Shown here piece by piece: positions 35,296 through 45,191 of a DNA stretch of 64,000 bases (the stretch's first letter is position 1; each line of letters starts with the position of its first letter). Made by a program: the position numbers and the translations under genes. The stretch lies in contig VGDO01000001.1 in NCBI GenBank assembly GCA_016869645.1, positions 3,904 to 67,903 of the forward strand, in the 5' to 3' direction. The stretch comes from Alphaproteobacteria bacterium. Lineage in GTDB: Bacteria > Pseudomonadota > Alphaproteobacteria > SHVW01. The notes beneath the pieces are model-generated. The model was not told the origin of the DNA, made no database searches, and saw only the letters and a list, made by a program, of their open reading frames with translations.

Positions 35296-35778
35296 GTGCC
35301 AGACCAGCTCCCCAGGACCTTCGAAGCCGTGGTCAAGCCCGAGTGGGTCGACCACTACGGTCATCTCAACGTGGTCCACTACGCCAGGATCTTCAACGAG
35401 GCCGTCGTCGGCTTCATGAAGCAGGTCGGCCTCGGCCCGGCCTACCGGGAGCGCACGCCCAACGGCTTCTTCGCCGTCGAATCCCACACGACCTATGTGC
35501 GCGAAGTCAGGCTGGGCGAGCCGATCGTGGTCACGACGCAGTTCCTCGAACGGGACCTCAAGCGCATCCGGCTCATCAACATGATGCGCCATGGCGAGCA
35601 AGGCCATCTGATCGCGACCTTCGAGGAGATGATGCTGCACATCAACCGGGTCGAGCGCCGCGCGGCGGAGCTGCCGGAGGATTTGAAAAGGCTGTTCGAC
35701 GATCTGATTTCGGCTCATGCGCATCACCCGGTGCCTGCGCAGGCCGGGCGCGGCATCGCGATCCCGAAGAAGAATTGA
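35296..35778 (+). CDS. hotdog-fold acyl-CoA thioesterase (4HBT-like)
   Basis: GTG 35296; 160 aa, YGHLNVVHYARIFNEA...hotdog motif. Confidence 0.65.
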   Translation: MPDQLPRTFEAVVKPEWVDHYGHLNVVHYARIFNEAVVGFMKQVGLGPAYRERTPNGFFAVESHTTYVREVRLGEPIVVTTQFLERDLKRIRLINMMRHGEQGHLIATFEEMMLHINRVERRAAELPEDLKRLFDDLISAHAHHPVPAQAGRGIAIPKKN

Positions 35779-35781
35779 TCC

Positions 35782-36606
35782 TCAGGCCACCGGACGCGCG
35801 CCGGAACCGAAGCGCGCGGCGAGCATCAGCACGACCGTCACCAGGACGATCTGCAGCACGGAGACCGCCGCCACCGTCGGCTCGATCTCGAGCTGGATGT
35901 TGTCGAACATCTTCTTCGGCAATGTGACGTTGGCGCCGCCCAGGAACATGGCGATGACGAGCTCGTCGAAAGACGAGATGAAGGCGAGGAAGGCCGCCGA
36001 GATCAGCGCCGGTCGGATCTGCGGCAGGGTGACGCGCCGGATCGCAGTCAGTCGCGACGCGCCCAGCCCCTCGGCCGCCTGCTCCTGCGCCATGTCGAAG
36101 GTGCGCAGCGCAGCGCCGACGATCAGTACGACGAAGGGCAAGGCGTGCACGGTGTGCCCCAGCACGATGCCCTGCCAGTTGCCGATCACCTTGAGGCCGG
36201 CAAACAGGCCATAGACCGCGATCGAGTAGATGATCGTCGGCACGATCAGCGGCGCGGTCGCGACCTGGTTGACCAGCCCCTTGCCCGGATAGCGGCCGCG
36301 CACGATGCTGAAGGCGAGCAGCGTGCCCAGCACCGTCGACAGCACCGTCGTCCACAGCGCGATGTGCAGGCTGCGCCAGGTCGCCGCCATCCAGACCGGA
36401 TCGTTGACGTAGACCTTGTACCAGCGCAGCGAATAGCCGGGCGGCGGGAACTGCAGCGACTGCGCGGAGCTGAATGAGATCGGGAAGACCACGATCAGCG
36501 GCAGCATGAGGAATACGAAGACGAGCGTACAATAGACGATGAGCGCCCAGCGGGCCGGGCTCGGCCGCCGCCCGGCGCCCATGGGTCGGCGGCGTATCAC
36601 GTCCAT
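35782..36606 (-). CDS. ABC transporter permease, PotC-like
   Basis: Start ATG 36606 (10-nt overlap with upstream permease) or 36582; 6 TM helices; EAA-like ...AAEGLGASRLTAIRRVTLPQI. Confidence 0.7.
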   Translation of the reverse strand: MDVIRRRPMGAGRRPSPARWALIVYCTLVFVFLMLPLIVVFPISFSSAQSLQFPPPGYSLRWYKVYVNDPVWMAATWRSLHIALWTTVLSTVLGTLLAFSIVRGRYPGKGLVNQVATAPLIVPTIIYSIAVYGLFAGLKVIGNWQGIVLGHTVHALPFVVLIVGAALRTFDMAQEQAAEGLGASRLTAIRRVTLPQIRPALISAAFLAFISSFDELVIAMFLGGANVTLPKKMFDNIQLEIEPTVAAVSVLQIVLVTVVLMLAARFGSGARPVA

Positions 36607-37448
36607 GTCAGGTCGCCCTTGAGGACGCGGCGGAAGAACGCGGCGACGCCGAGGGCGACCGCCAGCAGGATCACGGCGACCGCCGCGGCGAGGCTCCAGT
36701 CGAGGTACTGGCGCACCAGGCGCTCGACCTGCACGCCGATCATCATGACGCGGCCGCCGCCGAGCAGCGCGGGCGTGATGAAGAAGCCGAGCGAGATGAT
36801 GAAGACCAGCGTCATGCCGGCGAACACGCCGGGCAGCGTGAGCGGCAGGTAGATGCGCCGGAAGGCCTGGGCCGACGAGGCGCCGAGTCCTTCGGCGGCG
36901 CTGAGCAACTGCATGTCGACCCGCTTCATGATGCTGTAGATCGGGAAGACCATGTAGGGCAGCAGCACATGCACCATGCCGATCAGCACGCCGGTCGTGT
37001 TGTGCAGGAGTGCCAGCGGCTGGTCGACGATGCCGAGCTCGAGCAAGGTTCGATTGAAGATGCCGTTGCGGCCGAGGATGATCATCCAAGCATAGGTGCG
37101 CACCAGAACGCTGGTCCAGAACGGCAGCAGCAGCAGGGCAAAGCCGAAGCCGGCCCAGAAGGGCGAGGCGGTCGCCAGCAGGTAGGCAACCGGATAGCCC
37201 AGCAGCAGGCATATGACGGCGACAACGATCGCGATCTCGAAGGTGGCGAGAAGCACCTGAACGTAGAGGCCGTCGGTGAGCGCCTTCTCGAAATGGGCGA
37301 GGCTGCCGTTCTCGACGCTGAACAGCAGCAGGCGCAGGACCGGGTAGACGAACAGCACGAGCAGGAAAGCGATCGGCAGGATGCCGAGCGCCAGCGCCGG
37401 ACCGTGGCGCCCGGCACGGCGTCCGAGCACTCCCGTCAGCACGCTCAC
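36597..37448 (-). CDS. ABC transporter permease, PotB-like
   Basis: 283 aa; EAA-like ...AAEGLGASSAQAFRRIYLPL; ATGA overlap with the ATPase gene. Confidence 0.75.
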   Translation of the reverse strand: MSVLTGVLGRRAGRHGPALALGILPIAFLLVLFVYPVLRLLLFSVENGSLAHFEKALTDGLYVQVLLATFEIAIVVAVICLLLGYPVAYLLATASPFWAGFGFALLLLPFWTSVLVRTYAWMIILGRNGIFNRTLLELGIVDQPLALLHNTTGVLIGMVHVLLPYMVFPIYSIMKRVDMQLLSAAEGLGASSAQAFRRIYLPLTLPGVFAGMTLVFIISLGFFITPALLGGGRVMMIGVQVERLVRQYLDWSLAAAVAVILLAVALGVAAFFRRVLKGDLTWT

Positions 37449-38566
37449 GACCAGGGAACCGCGTGCATGTCCCGGGCGTCCCAGCCGACGCGCAGGCGCG
37501 CGCCGCCGCCGAGCATTTCTCCGCCGGCGCGGAACGGCCAGCGCACCAGGAGCTCGGCGCCGCTCGACAACCGCAGCCGGTACTTGATCGACTCGCCGAC
37601 ATAGACCGCCTCGACGAGCTCGCCCTCGACGGCGTTGTCGGCGGCCTCGCCTGAGCCTAGCCGGCGCGGCCGCTCGGGTCGGACGACGGCGCCGATCTCG
37701 GCACCGGCGCGCATGCCCGCCATAGCCACCAGGCGCAGGACGAGATCGGACGCAACTGCGACGACCGCGATACCGCCTTCGATCGCGGTCACGCGACCGT
37801 GGAACAGGTTCGATTCGCCGATGAAATCCGCGACGAAGCGATTGCGCGGATGGGCATAGATGTCTTGGGGCGTGCCAAGTTGCTCGAGCCGGCCCTCGTT
37901 CATGACTGCGATGCGGTCCGACAGGACCAGCGCCTCTTCCTGATCGTGGGTGACGAACAGTGTGGTGAGGCCGAGGCGGCGCTGCAGGCGCTTGACCTCG
38001 AGCTGCATCTGCTCGCGCAGCTTGCGATCAAGCGCGCCGAACGGCTCGTCGAGCAGCAGCAAACCCGGATCGAACACGATGGCGCGGGCGAGCGCCACGC
38101 GCTGCTGCTGACCGCCCGACAGCTGGCTCGGCATGCGCCGGTCGTATCCGGTCAAACCAACGGTCTGCAGAGCCCAGGCGACCTTGTCGGCGATCATAGG
38201 CGGCGCCATGCGCCGCATCTCCAAGGGAAATGCGATGTTCGCCGCCACGTTCATGTGCGGGAACAGGGCATAGTTCTGGAAGACCATGCCGATGTTGCGC
38301 CGCGCCGGCGATGCCACCGTGATGTCGTGGACACCCAGCCGCACGCTGCCCTCGTCCGGCAGCTCGAAGCCGGCCACGACCTTCAGCATCGTCGTCTTGC
38401 CCGAACCGCTGGGCCCGAGGATGGTCAGCAGCTCGCCGGCGCGCACGGTGAGATCGACGCCGGCGAGCGCCGTCACGGCGCCGAAGCGCCGCACGACGTT
38501 CGACAACTCCAGGCCAGTCACGTTCAGATTTGCCGCGGTCGCGCCGGCGGCCGCGGTGTCAGTCAC
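37445..38566 (-). CDS. ABC transporter ATP-binding protein, PotA-like
   Basis: Walker A GPSGSGKTT, LSGGQQQR, Walker B LLLLDEP; TOBE C-terminus. Confidence 0.85.
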   Translation of the reverse strand: MTDTAAAGATAANLNVTGLELSNVVRRFGAVTALAGVDLTVRAGELLTILGPSGSGKTTMLKVVAGFELPDEGSVRLGVHDITVASPARRNIGMVFQNYALFPHMNVAANIAFPLEMRRMAPPMIADKVAWALQTVGLTGYDRRMPSQLSGGQQQRVALARAIVFDPGLLLLDEPFGALDRKLREQMQLEVKRLQRRLGLTTLFVTHDQEEALVLSDRIAVMNEGRLEQLGTPQDIYAHPRNRFVADFIGESNLFHGRVTAIEGGIAVVAVASDLVLRLVAMAGMRAGAEIGAVVRPERPRRLGSGEAADNAVEGELVEAVYVGESIKYRLRLSSGAELLVRWPFRAGGEMLGGGARLRVGWDARDMHAVPWS

Positions 38567-38605
38567 CAGGCCCGAACCTTCGGCTGGCGATTCCCGCGCC
38601 GACCG

Positions 38606-39670
38606 CTATTTCGCAATGACCCAGCGGCTCCAGCGATCCTGCACGTCCTTGCCGTTCTTGACCCACCAGTTCACGTCCTGCCACCACTGCTTGGACAGGT
38701 TGTCCGGATGGGTCGGCAGGTGCGGCGCGATCTTTGGATCGGTGTACTGGGTCGCATCGAGGTTGAGGCCGGGATAGGTCACGATGTTGGCGTAGATCGC
38801 CTGCAGCTTGGCGTCGCTCATGACGGCCAGCATCTGCTGTCCCCAGTGGGCATCCTTGGCGCCCTTCGGAATGACGAAGGCGCTTTCCTTGATGCCGCCC
38901 TGGTTCCATTCGATCGCGATCGGCGCGCCCTGCTGGATCGCCGCATAGTAACGGCCGTTCCACGCCGTGCCGAGCACGACCTCCTTGTCGATCAGGAGTT
39001 GGGCCGACTGCGCGCCCGTGGTCCACCAGACCGCGACGTTCTTCTTGATCTGGTCGAGCTTGCGGAAGGCGCGGTCGACGTCGATGGGGTAGAGCTTGTC
39101 GGGCGCCACGCCGTCGGCGATGAGCGCGAATTCGAGATTGTCGATCGGCGAATTCTGCATCGAGCGCGGGCCCGGAAAGGCCTGCACGTTCCAGAAATCG
39201 GCGAAGCTCTTCGGCCGCTTGCCCTCGGGGAATGCGTCGGTGCGGTAGCCGATCACGGTCGAGTAGGCGCTGCGCGTGTAGATATGCGTGCGGGTCTGCA
39301 GATTGGCCGGGAAGCGCGAACGGTCGACGATCTTGGCGTCGATCGGCTCGAGCAGGCCCATCTCCTGGGCGCGGACAGCGTCCTCCATGTTGAGCTCGGT
39401 CACCGCCCATTCGATGTTGCCGGTCGTGACCATCGCGCGCAGCTTGCCGAGATCCGCCGGGCTCGAATCGACGACGCGAACGCCGAAGCGCTTCTCGTAT
39501 TCCTCGAAGAACGCCTTGCGCAGCGCGGCCGCCTGGGCGCCGCCCGAGGCATTGACCACGATTTGCGCCGGCTTGGCCGGTTGGGTTTGAGCCGAGGCCG
39601 GAGCCTGCATGCTCGCCGCCGCGGCCGCAAAGGCCAGACCCGAGACCAAAGCGTTGATCGGTCTCACCAT
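38606..39670 (-). CDS. ABC transporter substrate-binding protein, PotD/PotF-like
   Basis: Signal peptide MVRPINALVSGLAFAAAAASMQAPASA; clear paralogy to the 16771-17862 SBP (shared ...VAVWWTGGAQ/VAVWWTTGAQ). Confidence 0.75.
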   Translation of the reverse strand: MVRPINALVSGLAFAAAAASMQAPASAQTQPAKPAQIVVNASGGAQAAALRKAFFEEYEKRFGVRVVDSSPADLGKLRAMVTTGNIEWAVTELNMEDAVRAQEMGLLEPIDAKIVDRSRFPANLQTRTHIYTRSAYSTVIGYRTDAFPEGKRPKSFADFWNVQAFPGPRSMQNSPIDNLEFALIADGVAPDKLYPIDVDRAFRKLDQIKKNVAVWWTTGAQSAQLLIDKEVVLGTAWNGRYYAAIQQGAPIAIEWNQGGIKESAFVIPKGAKDAHWGQQMLAVMSDAKLQAIYANIVTYPGLNLDATQYTDPKIAPHLPTHPDNLSKQWWQDVNWWVKNGKDVQDRWSRWVIAK

Positions 39671-39746
39671 AGTCGCCCCCCCTGTTGGTCTAACTCCGGT
39701 GGATTTGATGCGCCATCGTCCCCATAAGCCCTTGCGCCGTCAAGGA

Positions 39747-40616
39747 CTACGGCGCCGCAGGCGGGAGTCCGAGAAAGCGCGCCGCATTGTCATAAAGCCA
39801 CTTTCGGCGCACCTCGGGCTTGAGCCCCAGGGCATCGATCTCAGCAACCGCGCGGTCGACCGGCTGCATCGGATAGGCCGACCCGAAGATGAACCGGTCC
39901 TGCAGGATCGTGTTGCCGTATTGCAGCAGCGGCTCGTAGCCGGAATTGGCGATGGCCAGCACGCGCGGCCGGATCGCGACGATGCCGATCGAGACGTTGG
40001 CATGGCGCCAGGCGACGCCGATCAGCTCCTGCACCCAGGGCCAGCCCGGTGGCGAGGCGCAGACGCGCAGCTCGGGGAAATGCACCATCACCTCGTCGAG
40101 CAGGCGCGGATGGCCGAATTCCATCAGCGTGTCGGTCGAGAAGTTGATGCTGGCGTGGATGTTGACGGGTATGTCGAGCTCGATGCACTTGGCATAGAGC
40201 GGGTACATCTTCTTGTCGTTGATCGCGAGCTTGTGCTCGAAGCATTGCAGGTTGAGTCCGCGCAATCCCAGCACCTTGACCGCATGCTCGAGCTCGCGGA
40301 TCGCCGTGATGCCCTTGTGCGGGTCGACGCCGGCGAAGCCGAGAAAACGCGGCCCCTGCGCGCGGCAGAAGGCGGCGACATCCTCGTTCAGAATGCGGAA
40401 GCCGAAGGTGGTCTCCAGATCGCGCGCCTTGACCACGACGTGACGGGCGCCGATCCGGTCGTACATGGCGAGATACTTGGCAAGCGCCTCGGGGCCGACG
40501 CCGAGATAATCGACGTCCTTCTCGCTGGCGCTGTAGACCCGGCGGTAATTGGCCAGGTGCGGCCCGGTCTTCTTGAATTCGGGGATCGGCGGCGTGCTGC
40601 CGTAGTCGATGAGCAT
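39747..40616 (-). CDS. amidohydrolase-2-family (ACMSD-like TIM-barrel metal-dependent hydrolase/decarboxylase)
   Basis: 289 aa; pattern of His/Asp ligands (..H..H...H...D) of the amidohydrolase_2 family. Confidence 0.6.
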   Translation of the reverse strand: MLIDYGSTPPIPEFKKTGPHLANYRRVYSASEKDVDYLGVGPEALAKYLAMYDRIGARHVVVKARDLETTFGFRILNEDVAAFCRAQGPRFLGFAGVDPHKGITAIRELEHAVKVLGLRGLNLQCFEHKLAINDKKMYPLYAKCIELDIPVNIHASINFSTDTLMEFGHPRLLDEVMVHFPELRVCASPPGWPWVQELIGVAWRHANVSIGIVAIRPRVLAIANSGYEPLLQYGNTILQDRFIFGSAYPMQPVDRAVAEIDALGLKPEVRRKWLYDNAARFLGLPPAAP

Positions 40617-40659
40617 GGGTGGATTTCAACCAGAATTGACGAACTGACGCACCATATTA

Positions 40660-40755
40660 CCTCGTGGTGAGCCTGTCGAACCACGAGGACGGTGCCGTTT
40701 GACAAGCGGCGGAGACACGGCAACGTCCTCACGCTTCGACAAGCTCAGCATGAGG
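40660..40755. repeat. dual-hairpin intergenic element, copy B (CCTCGTGGT-N11-ACCACGAGG ... CCTCACGCT-N11-AGCATGAGG)
   Basis: Same arms and loops (GAGCCTGTCGA; TCGACAAGCTC) as copy A, one stem mismatch. Lies between the divergent amidohydrolase-2 and AMP-ligase starts. Confidence 0.6.
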
Positions 40756-40782
40756 CGATAAATTTGGCAGCGACCCTGCCGA

Positions 40783-42429
40783 ATGGATCCGTTGATGTCA
40801 CGCCAAGAAATCCTGAAACACGCCGCACCGCCGGTCGCCGAGCGCCGACGCATCATCGAGGCGATGCCCCTGCCCGCCAATATCGGCGCGCTGCTCGATG
40901 CGGCCGCGGCGGAGGTGCCCGACCACGCAGCCTGGAATTTCTTCGAGAGCGGCGAGGCGATCAGCTATGCGGCGCTGCGCCGGAGCGTCAATCGGCTGGC
41001 CAACGGCCTTGCCGCCCTCGGCATCCGGAAGGGCAGCCATGTCGCGGTCATGCTGCCCAATGTGGCGGCGATGCCGATGACCTGGCTGGCGCTGGCCCGA
41101 CTCGGCGCCGTCATGGTGCCGATGAACATCGGCTACACCGGCCGCGAGATGAACTACGTGATCGACACGGGCGCGGTCGACTGGGTGGTGATCGACGAGG
41201 CCTGCCTGCCGACGCTCGACGCGCTGCCCGCGCGGCCGGAGCGCCTGACCGATGATCGCGTGATCGTGCTGGGCGCCCCGCGCCAGCACCAAAGACGCTG
41301 GTTGGACCTGCTGGATGGGCGCGACGACATTGCCGGACTGCCCGCGCCCGCGCTCGACGATCTGATGAACATTCAGTTCACCTCGGGCACGACGGGCTTC
41401 CCCAAGGGCTGCATGCTCAGCCACCGCTACTGGCTGACCATCGGCCTCATCAATGCGCGCCGCGATTTCCGGCGCTACGAGCGCATCCTGGCGGCGACGC
41501 CTTTCTTCTACATGGACCCGCAATGGATGCTGATGATGACGTTCTACCAGCGCGGCACGCTGTTCGCCGCACGGCGGCAGAGCGCATCCCGCTTCATGGA
41601 CTGGGTGCGCACGCATCGCATCAATTTCACGCTGTTTCCCGAGGTGGTGATCAAGCAGCCACCCAGCCCTTATGACCGCGACAACGCCATCGTGCGCGTC
41701 AACTGCTACGGCCTGTCGAAGGACGCGCATGTGGCGCTCGAGGAGCGCTTCGACTTCATCGCACGCGAGGCCTTCGGCATGACCGAGATCGGGTCGGGCA
41801 TGTTCGTGCCGATCGAGGCGACAGACATGGTCGGCTCGGGCACCTGCGGCACCGCCGTGCCGTTCCGCGAGGTGCGCGTCGCCGACGAGCAGGGCAACAC
41901 GGTGCCGTCGGGGAATATCGGCGAGCTGGTCGTGCGCGGCCCCGGCATTCTCCAGGGCTACTACAACAACGAGGCGGCGACCCGCCAGGCCTTCCACGGC
42001 GACTGGTTCCGCACCGGCGACCTGTTCCGCCAGGACGAGCGCGGCTTCTTCTACATCGTCGGCCGGGTCAAGGACATGATAAGGCGCGCCGGCGAGAACA
42101 TCGCGGCGCGCGAGGTCGAGGCTGTGCTGCGCGGTCTGCCGGAAATCGCCGAGGCCGCCGCCGTGCCCGTGCCCGATCCGCAACGCGGCCAGGAGGTAAA
42201 GGTCTATCTCGTGCTGCAGCCGGGTCTCGACAAGGACGCGCTGCCCTTCGAGCGCGTCATCGCCCATTGCGAGGCGAACCTCGCGCGCTTCAAGGTGCCG
42301 CGCTATCTTGCCTACATCGACAAGCTGCCCAAGACGCCATCCGAGAAGATCGCCAAGCAGGTGCTGATCCAGGGCGCTGCCGATCTGCGCGCCGATGCCT
42401 TCGACCGCGTCGACGGCGTCTGGCGGTAA
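40783..42429 (+). CDS. AMP-dependent synthetase/ligase (acyl-CoA synthetase family)
   Basis: TSGTTGFPKG AMP-binding motif, ...GELVVRGP..., K at the C-terminal region. Confidence 0.8.
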   Translation: MDPLMSRQEILKHAAPPVAERRRIIEAMPLPANIGALLDAAAAEVPDHAAWNFFESGEAISYAALRRSVNRLANGLAALGIRKGSHVAVMLPNVAAMPMTWLALARLGAVMVPMNIGYTGREMNYVIDTGAVDWVVIDEACLPTLDALPARPERLTDDRVIVLGAPRQHQRRWLDLLDGRDDIAGLPAPALDDLMNIQFTSGTTGFPKGCMLSHRYWLTIGLINARRDFRRYERILAATPFFYMDPQWMLMMTFYQRGTLFAARRQSASRFMDWVRTHRINFTLFPEVVIKQPPSPYDRDNAIVRVNCYGLSKDAHVALEERFDFIAREAFGMTEIGSGMFVPIEATDMVGSGTCGTAVPFREVRVADEQGNTVPSGNIGELVVRGPGILQGYYNNEAATRQAFHGDWFRTGDLFRQDERGFFYIVGRVKDMIRRAGENIAAREVEAVLRGLPEIAEAAAVPVPDPQRGQEVKVYLVLQPGLDKDALPFERVIAHCEANLARFKVPRYLAYIDKLPKTPSEKIAKQVLIQGAADLRADAFDRVDGVWR

Positions 42430-42565
42430 CGGATCGTAATACGAGGTTCGCGGCCCCGGTCGCGTTGCACGGCGATTTTGCCGGTGCCACACTGACCCCG
42501 GTCTGGCGCGCGGTTTGCCGTCGCATCGGCGCAGCGCCGACCTCAGGTGAAGAGGGAGACAAGAC

Positions 42566-43567
42566 ATGTTCAGTCGCCGCGACGTCCTCAATGGAATGAT
42601 GGTGACCGGTGCCGGCCTGCTGGCCAACCCGATGTTCGAACTGGCAAGCCCGGGCCAGGCTCTCGCTCAAGCAGCAGCGACCTTGACCTACGGCGCGCAT
42701 CCCGACGTGTCGCCGATGGTGCTCGCGGGGCGCGACTGGACGTCGAAATATGGCCTCAACATCAAGTGGGAATGGTTCCCGTCGGCCGGGCCGGCCGATA
42801 AGGCGCTGGTCGAAGGCAGCATCGATTTCGACGCGCCAGGCGGCGGTCGTGCCGTGTCGCTGCAGGCCGCGACCAAGCCGGGAGAGTTCCCGATGTTCAT
42901 GGGCTGGGCCTATGGCGACTACGCCGCGACGCTGGCGCGCCATGACTCGCCGGCGAAGTCGATCCAGGATCTCAAGGGCAAGAAGATCGGCACCGTGGTC
43001 GGCAGCGGCTCCTACATGGCCTGGCTGATCTGGCTCGATTCCCAGGGCATGTCAGTCAACGATTTCCAGGTCGTCAACATGCAGGGCGGCGAGGTCGCAG
43101 GCGCGCTCGCGAGCGGCGCGATCGACGGCGCAACCATCTGGGAGCCCTACCCCGCGCTGATGGAGCACCGCAAGATCGGCAAGATCGTCGCGCTGTTCGC
43201 CAACGTGGTCTACGACGCGGTCGTCATCCAGACGCGCCGCGAAGTGATCGAGAAGAAGCGCGATGCGCTGGTGCGCTTCGCCGCGGCGGCGATGGACGTC
43301 CAGGAATGGATCAAGGCCAACCCGACCGAGACGGCGAAGCTGGTCGCCAAGGGCATGACCGAGCGCGGCGCCGGCGACACGCCGTGGGAGGCCTTCGACG
43401 CGATGATCAGGCGGCTGATCTTCGCCCCGGATCTCGATCCGGTCCTGCCAAGCCTGAACAAGATCGCCGACGTGTCGGTCAAGCTAGGCGTGATCCGGAA
43501 CCGGCCGGACCTGGTCGTCAATCGCGACATCCTGGCCGATGCCAAGAAGCTCCGCACCAAAGCATAG
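42566..43567 (+). CDS. ABC substrate-binding protein, NitT/TauT (NMT1/SsuA-like) family
   Basis: GAGGGAG RBS; Tat-like signal MFSRRDVLNGMMVTGAGLLA. Confidence 0.65.
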   Translation: MFSRRDVLNGMMVTGAGLLANPMFELASPGQALAQAAATLTYGAHPDVSPMVLAGRDWTSKYGLNIKWEWFPSAGPADKALVEGSIDFDAPGGGRAVSLQAATKPGEFPMFMGWAYGDYAATLARHDSPAKSIQDLKGKKIGTVVGSGSYMAWLIWLDSQGMSVNDFQVVNMQGGEVAGALASGAIDGATIWEPYPALMEHRKIGKIVALFANVVYDAVVIQTRREVIEKKRDALVRFAAAAMDVQEWIKANPTETAKLVAKGMTERGAGDTPWEAFDAMIRRLIFAPDLDPVLPSLNKIADVSVKLGVIRNRPDLVVNRDILADAKKLRTKA

Positions 43568-44399
43568 CGACGATCTGCCAGCTGAAAGCGGCAAGAAGGC
43601 AGGCAAGAAGGACACGGCCGAGCGCCTCGCGCCTTACGTAGTTTTTGCGGCGCTGTTGGCGGCATGGGAAGCGGCGAGCCGTGGTGGCTTGGTCTCGCCG
43701 CTGATCCTGCCGCCGCCGTCGCTCGTGCTGGAAACCTGCCTGCTCGGCCTCGTCGGCAAGGCGGGCCTCGCCTATCACATCGGCATGCACGCGATGCACA
43801 GCCTGGTGCTGCTGTTCGCTGGCTTCATCGCGGGCTCGGTGCTGGGCATCGTCGGCGGCATCGCGCTGGGCCTCAGCCCCACCCTCTATCGCGCGATCAA
43901 TCCGCTGCTCGGCTTCCTGATGCCGATTCCGGCGATTGCTTGGGCACCGGTGGCGATGATCTGGATCGGACTCGGCTGGCCTGCCGTTCTCGCCATTGTC
44001 ACTTATGCCTGCGTCGCCGAGATGATCTTCAACATCACCGCAGGCATCCGCGCCGTGCCGCAGCGCATGGTCTGGCAGGTGCAGACCTTCGGCGCCGATC
44101 GCGCCTTCATCATCTGGCGCGTCATCCTGCCGGCGGCCTTTCCTTACATCTTCTCCGGCCTGAAGCTCGGTCTGGCGGCGAGCTGGCGCGCGCTGATCGG
44201 CGCGGAGATGTTCGCCGGCGTCGCGCGCGGCCTCGGCGTCATGCTCTTCCAGGCCCAGGATTTCTACGCGACTGACGTGGTGTTCTCGGCGCTGCTGATC
44301 ATCGCCGTAGTCAGTCTCGCCCTTGAGCAGATTGGCTTTGCCGCCATCGAGAAGCGCACGCTCGAGCGCTGGGGCCTCGCACGCACGGCCGAGGTCTGA
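43539..44399 (+). CDS. ABC permease, NitT/TauT family (SsuC-like)
   Basis: 6 TM; EAA-like ...QTFGADRAFIIWRVILPAA; 29-nt overlap with the SBP gene. Confidence 0.7.
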   Translation: MPRSSAPKHSDDLPAESGKKAGKKDTAERLAPYVVFAALLAAWEAASRGGLVSPLILPPPSLVLETCLLGLVGKAGLAYHIGMHAMHSLVLLFAGFIAGSVLGIVGGIALGLSPTLYRAINPLLGFLMPIPAIAWAPVAMIWIGLGWPAVLAIVTYACVAEMIFNITAGIRAVPQRMVWQVQTFGADRAFIIWRVILPAAFPYIFSGLKLGLAASWRALIGAEMFAGVARGLGVMLFQAQDFYATDVVFSALLIIAVVSLALEQIGFAAIEKRTLERWGLARTAEV

Positions 44400-44402
44400 G
44401 CG

Positions 44403-45191
44403 GTGACCTGGCAACGCTTCGCGCTTCCGACGGCCGCGCTGGTCCTGCTGTTCGCGGCATGGGAAGCGCTGTTTCGTGCGTCCGGCTTCAATCTCGAACT
44501 GTTCCCACCGCCCTCTCGGATTGTCGCGACTATTTTCCGATTGCTTGAGCCGACCGAGGCGCGGCCGGTTCCGATCCTGCTGATCCACATCGGTGTCAGT
44601 GTCGGACGCCTCCTCGCGGCGATGCTCATTGCCCTCGTGGTCGGCGTCGGCATCGGCCTGCTCATGGGTATGAACCGCTATGTCTATGCCGCATTCCAGC
44701 CTCTGGTGAACGCGCTGATCCCCATTCCCGCCTATGCCTACATCCCCATCCTGCTGCTGTGGGCCGGTCGCGGCGATCTCAGCATCGTGATCGTCACGGC
44801 GATCTCCGCCTGCCTGCCGCTGATTTACAACACCACGGCCGGCGTGCGCGGTGTCGAGCGCGGCCAGATCCGCGCGCTGCGCACATTCGGGGCCAGCAGG
44901 ATCGACGTCATGCGCCTCGTGCTGCTACCGGCGACACTGACCTCTATCGTTGCCGGGCTGCGCCTTGCCTTCGGCCAGGCTTGGCGCACCCTGGTCGGCG
45001 CCGAGTTCATCGCCACGCCCAAGGCCGGGCTCGGTTATATGATATTCAATGCCCGCAACCTGCTGCAGGTCGAAGTCATGTTTGTCGGGCTGTTCGCCTT
45101 GGGTGTGTTTGGTTTTCTCTTCATCTACGTCCTGGTCGGTCGCCTCGAGGATAGGACGGTCGTGCGCTGGGGAATGTTGTCGCGCCAATGA
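44403..45191 (+). CDS. ABC permease, NitT/TauT family (second permease)
   Basis: GTG 44403; EAA-like ...RTFGASRIDVMRLVLLPAT. Confidence 0.7.
   Translation: MTWQRFALPTAALVLLFAAWEALFRASGFNLELFPPPSRIVATIFRLLEPTEARPVPILLIHIGVSVGRLLAAMLIALVVGVGIGLLMGMNRYVYAAFQPLVNALIPIPAYAYIPILLLWAGRGDLSIVIVTAISACLPLIYNTTAGVRGVERGQIRALRTFGASRIDVMRLVLLPATLTSIVAGLRLAFGQAWRTLVGAEFIATPKAGLGYMIFNARNLLQVEVMFVGLFALGVFGFLFIYVLVGRLEDRTVVRWGMLSRQ

Noticed and set aside
35782-37602. 606-aa minus ORF presented as one protein
   Set aside because: Only its C-terminal about 274 aa (to 36606) is a real PotC-like permease; the upstream part is an alternate frame of the PotB-like gene 36597-37448.
37799-39727. 642-aa plus ORF
   Set aside because: Antisense to the PotA-like ATPase and SBP genes.
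40798-42627. 609-aa minus ORF
   Set aside because: Antisense to the AMP-ligase gene, which carries a TSGTTGFPKG motif on the plus strand.
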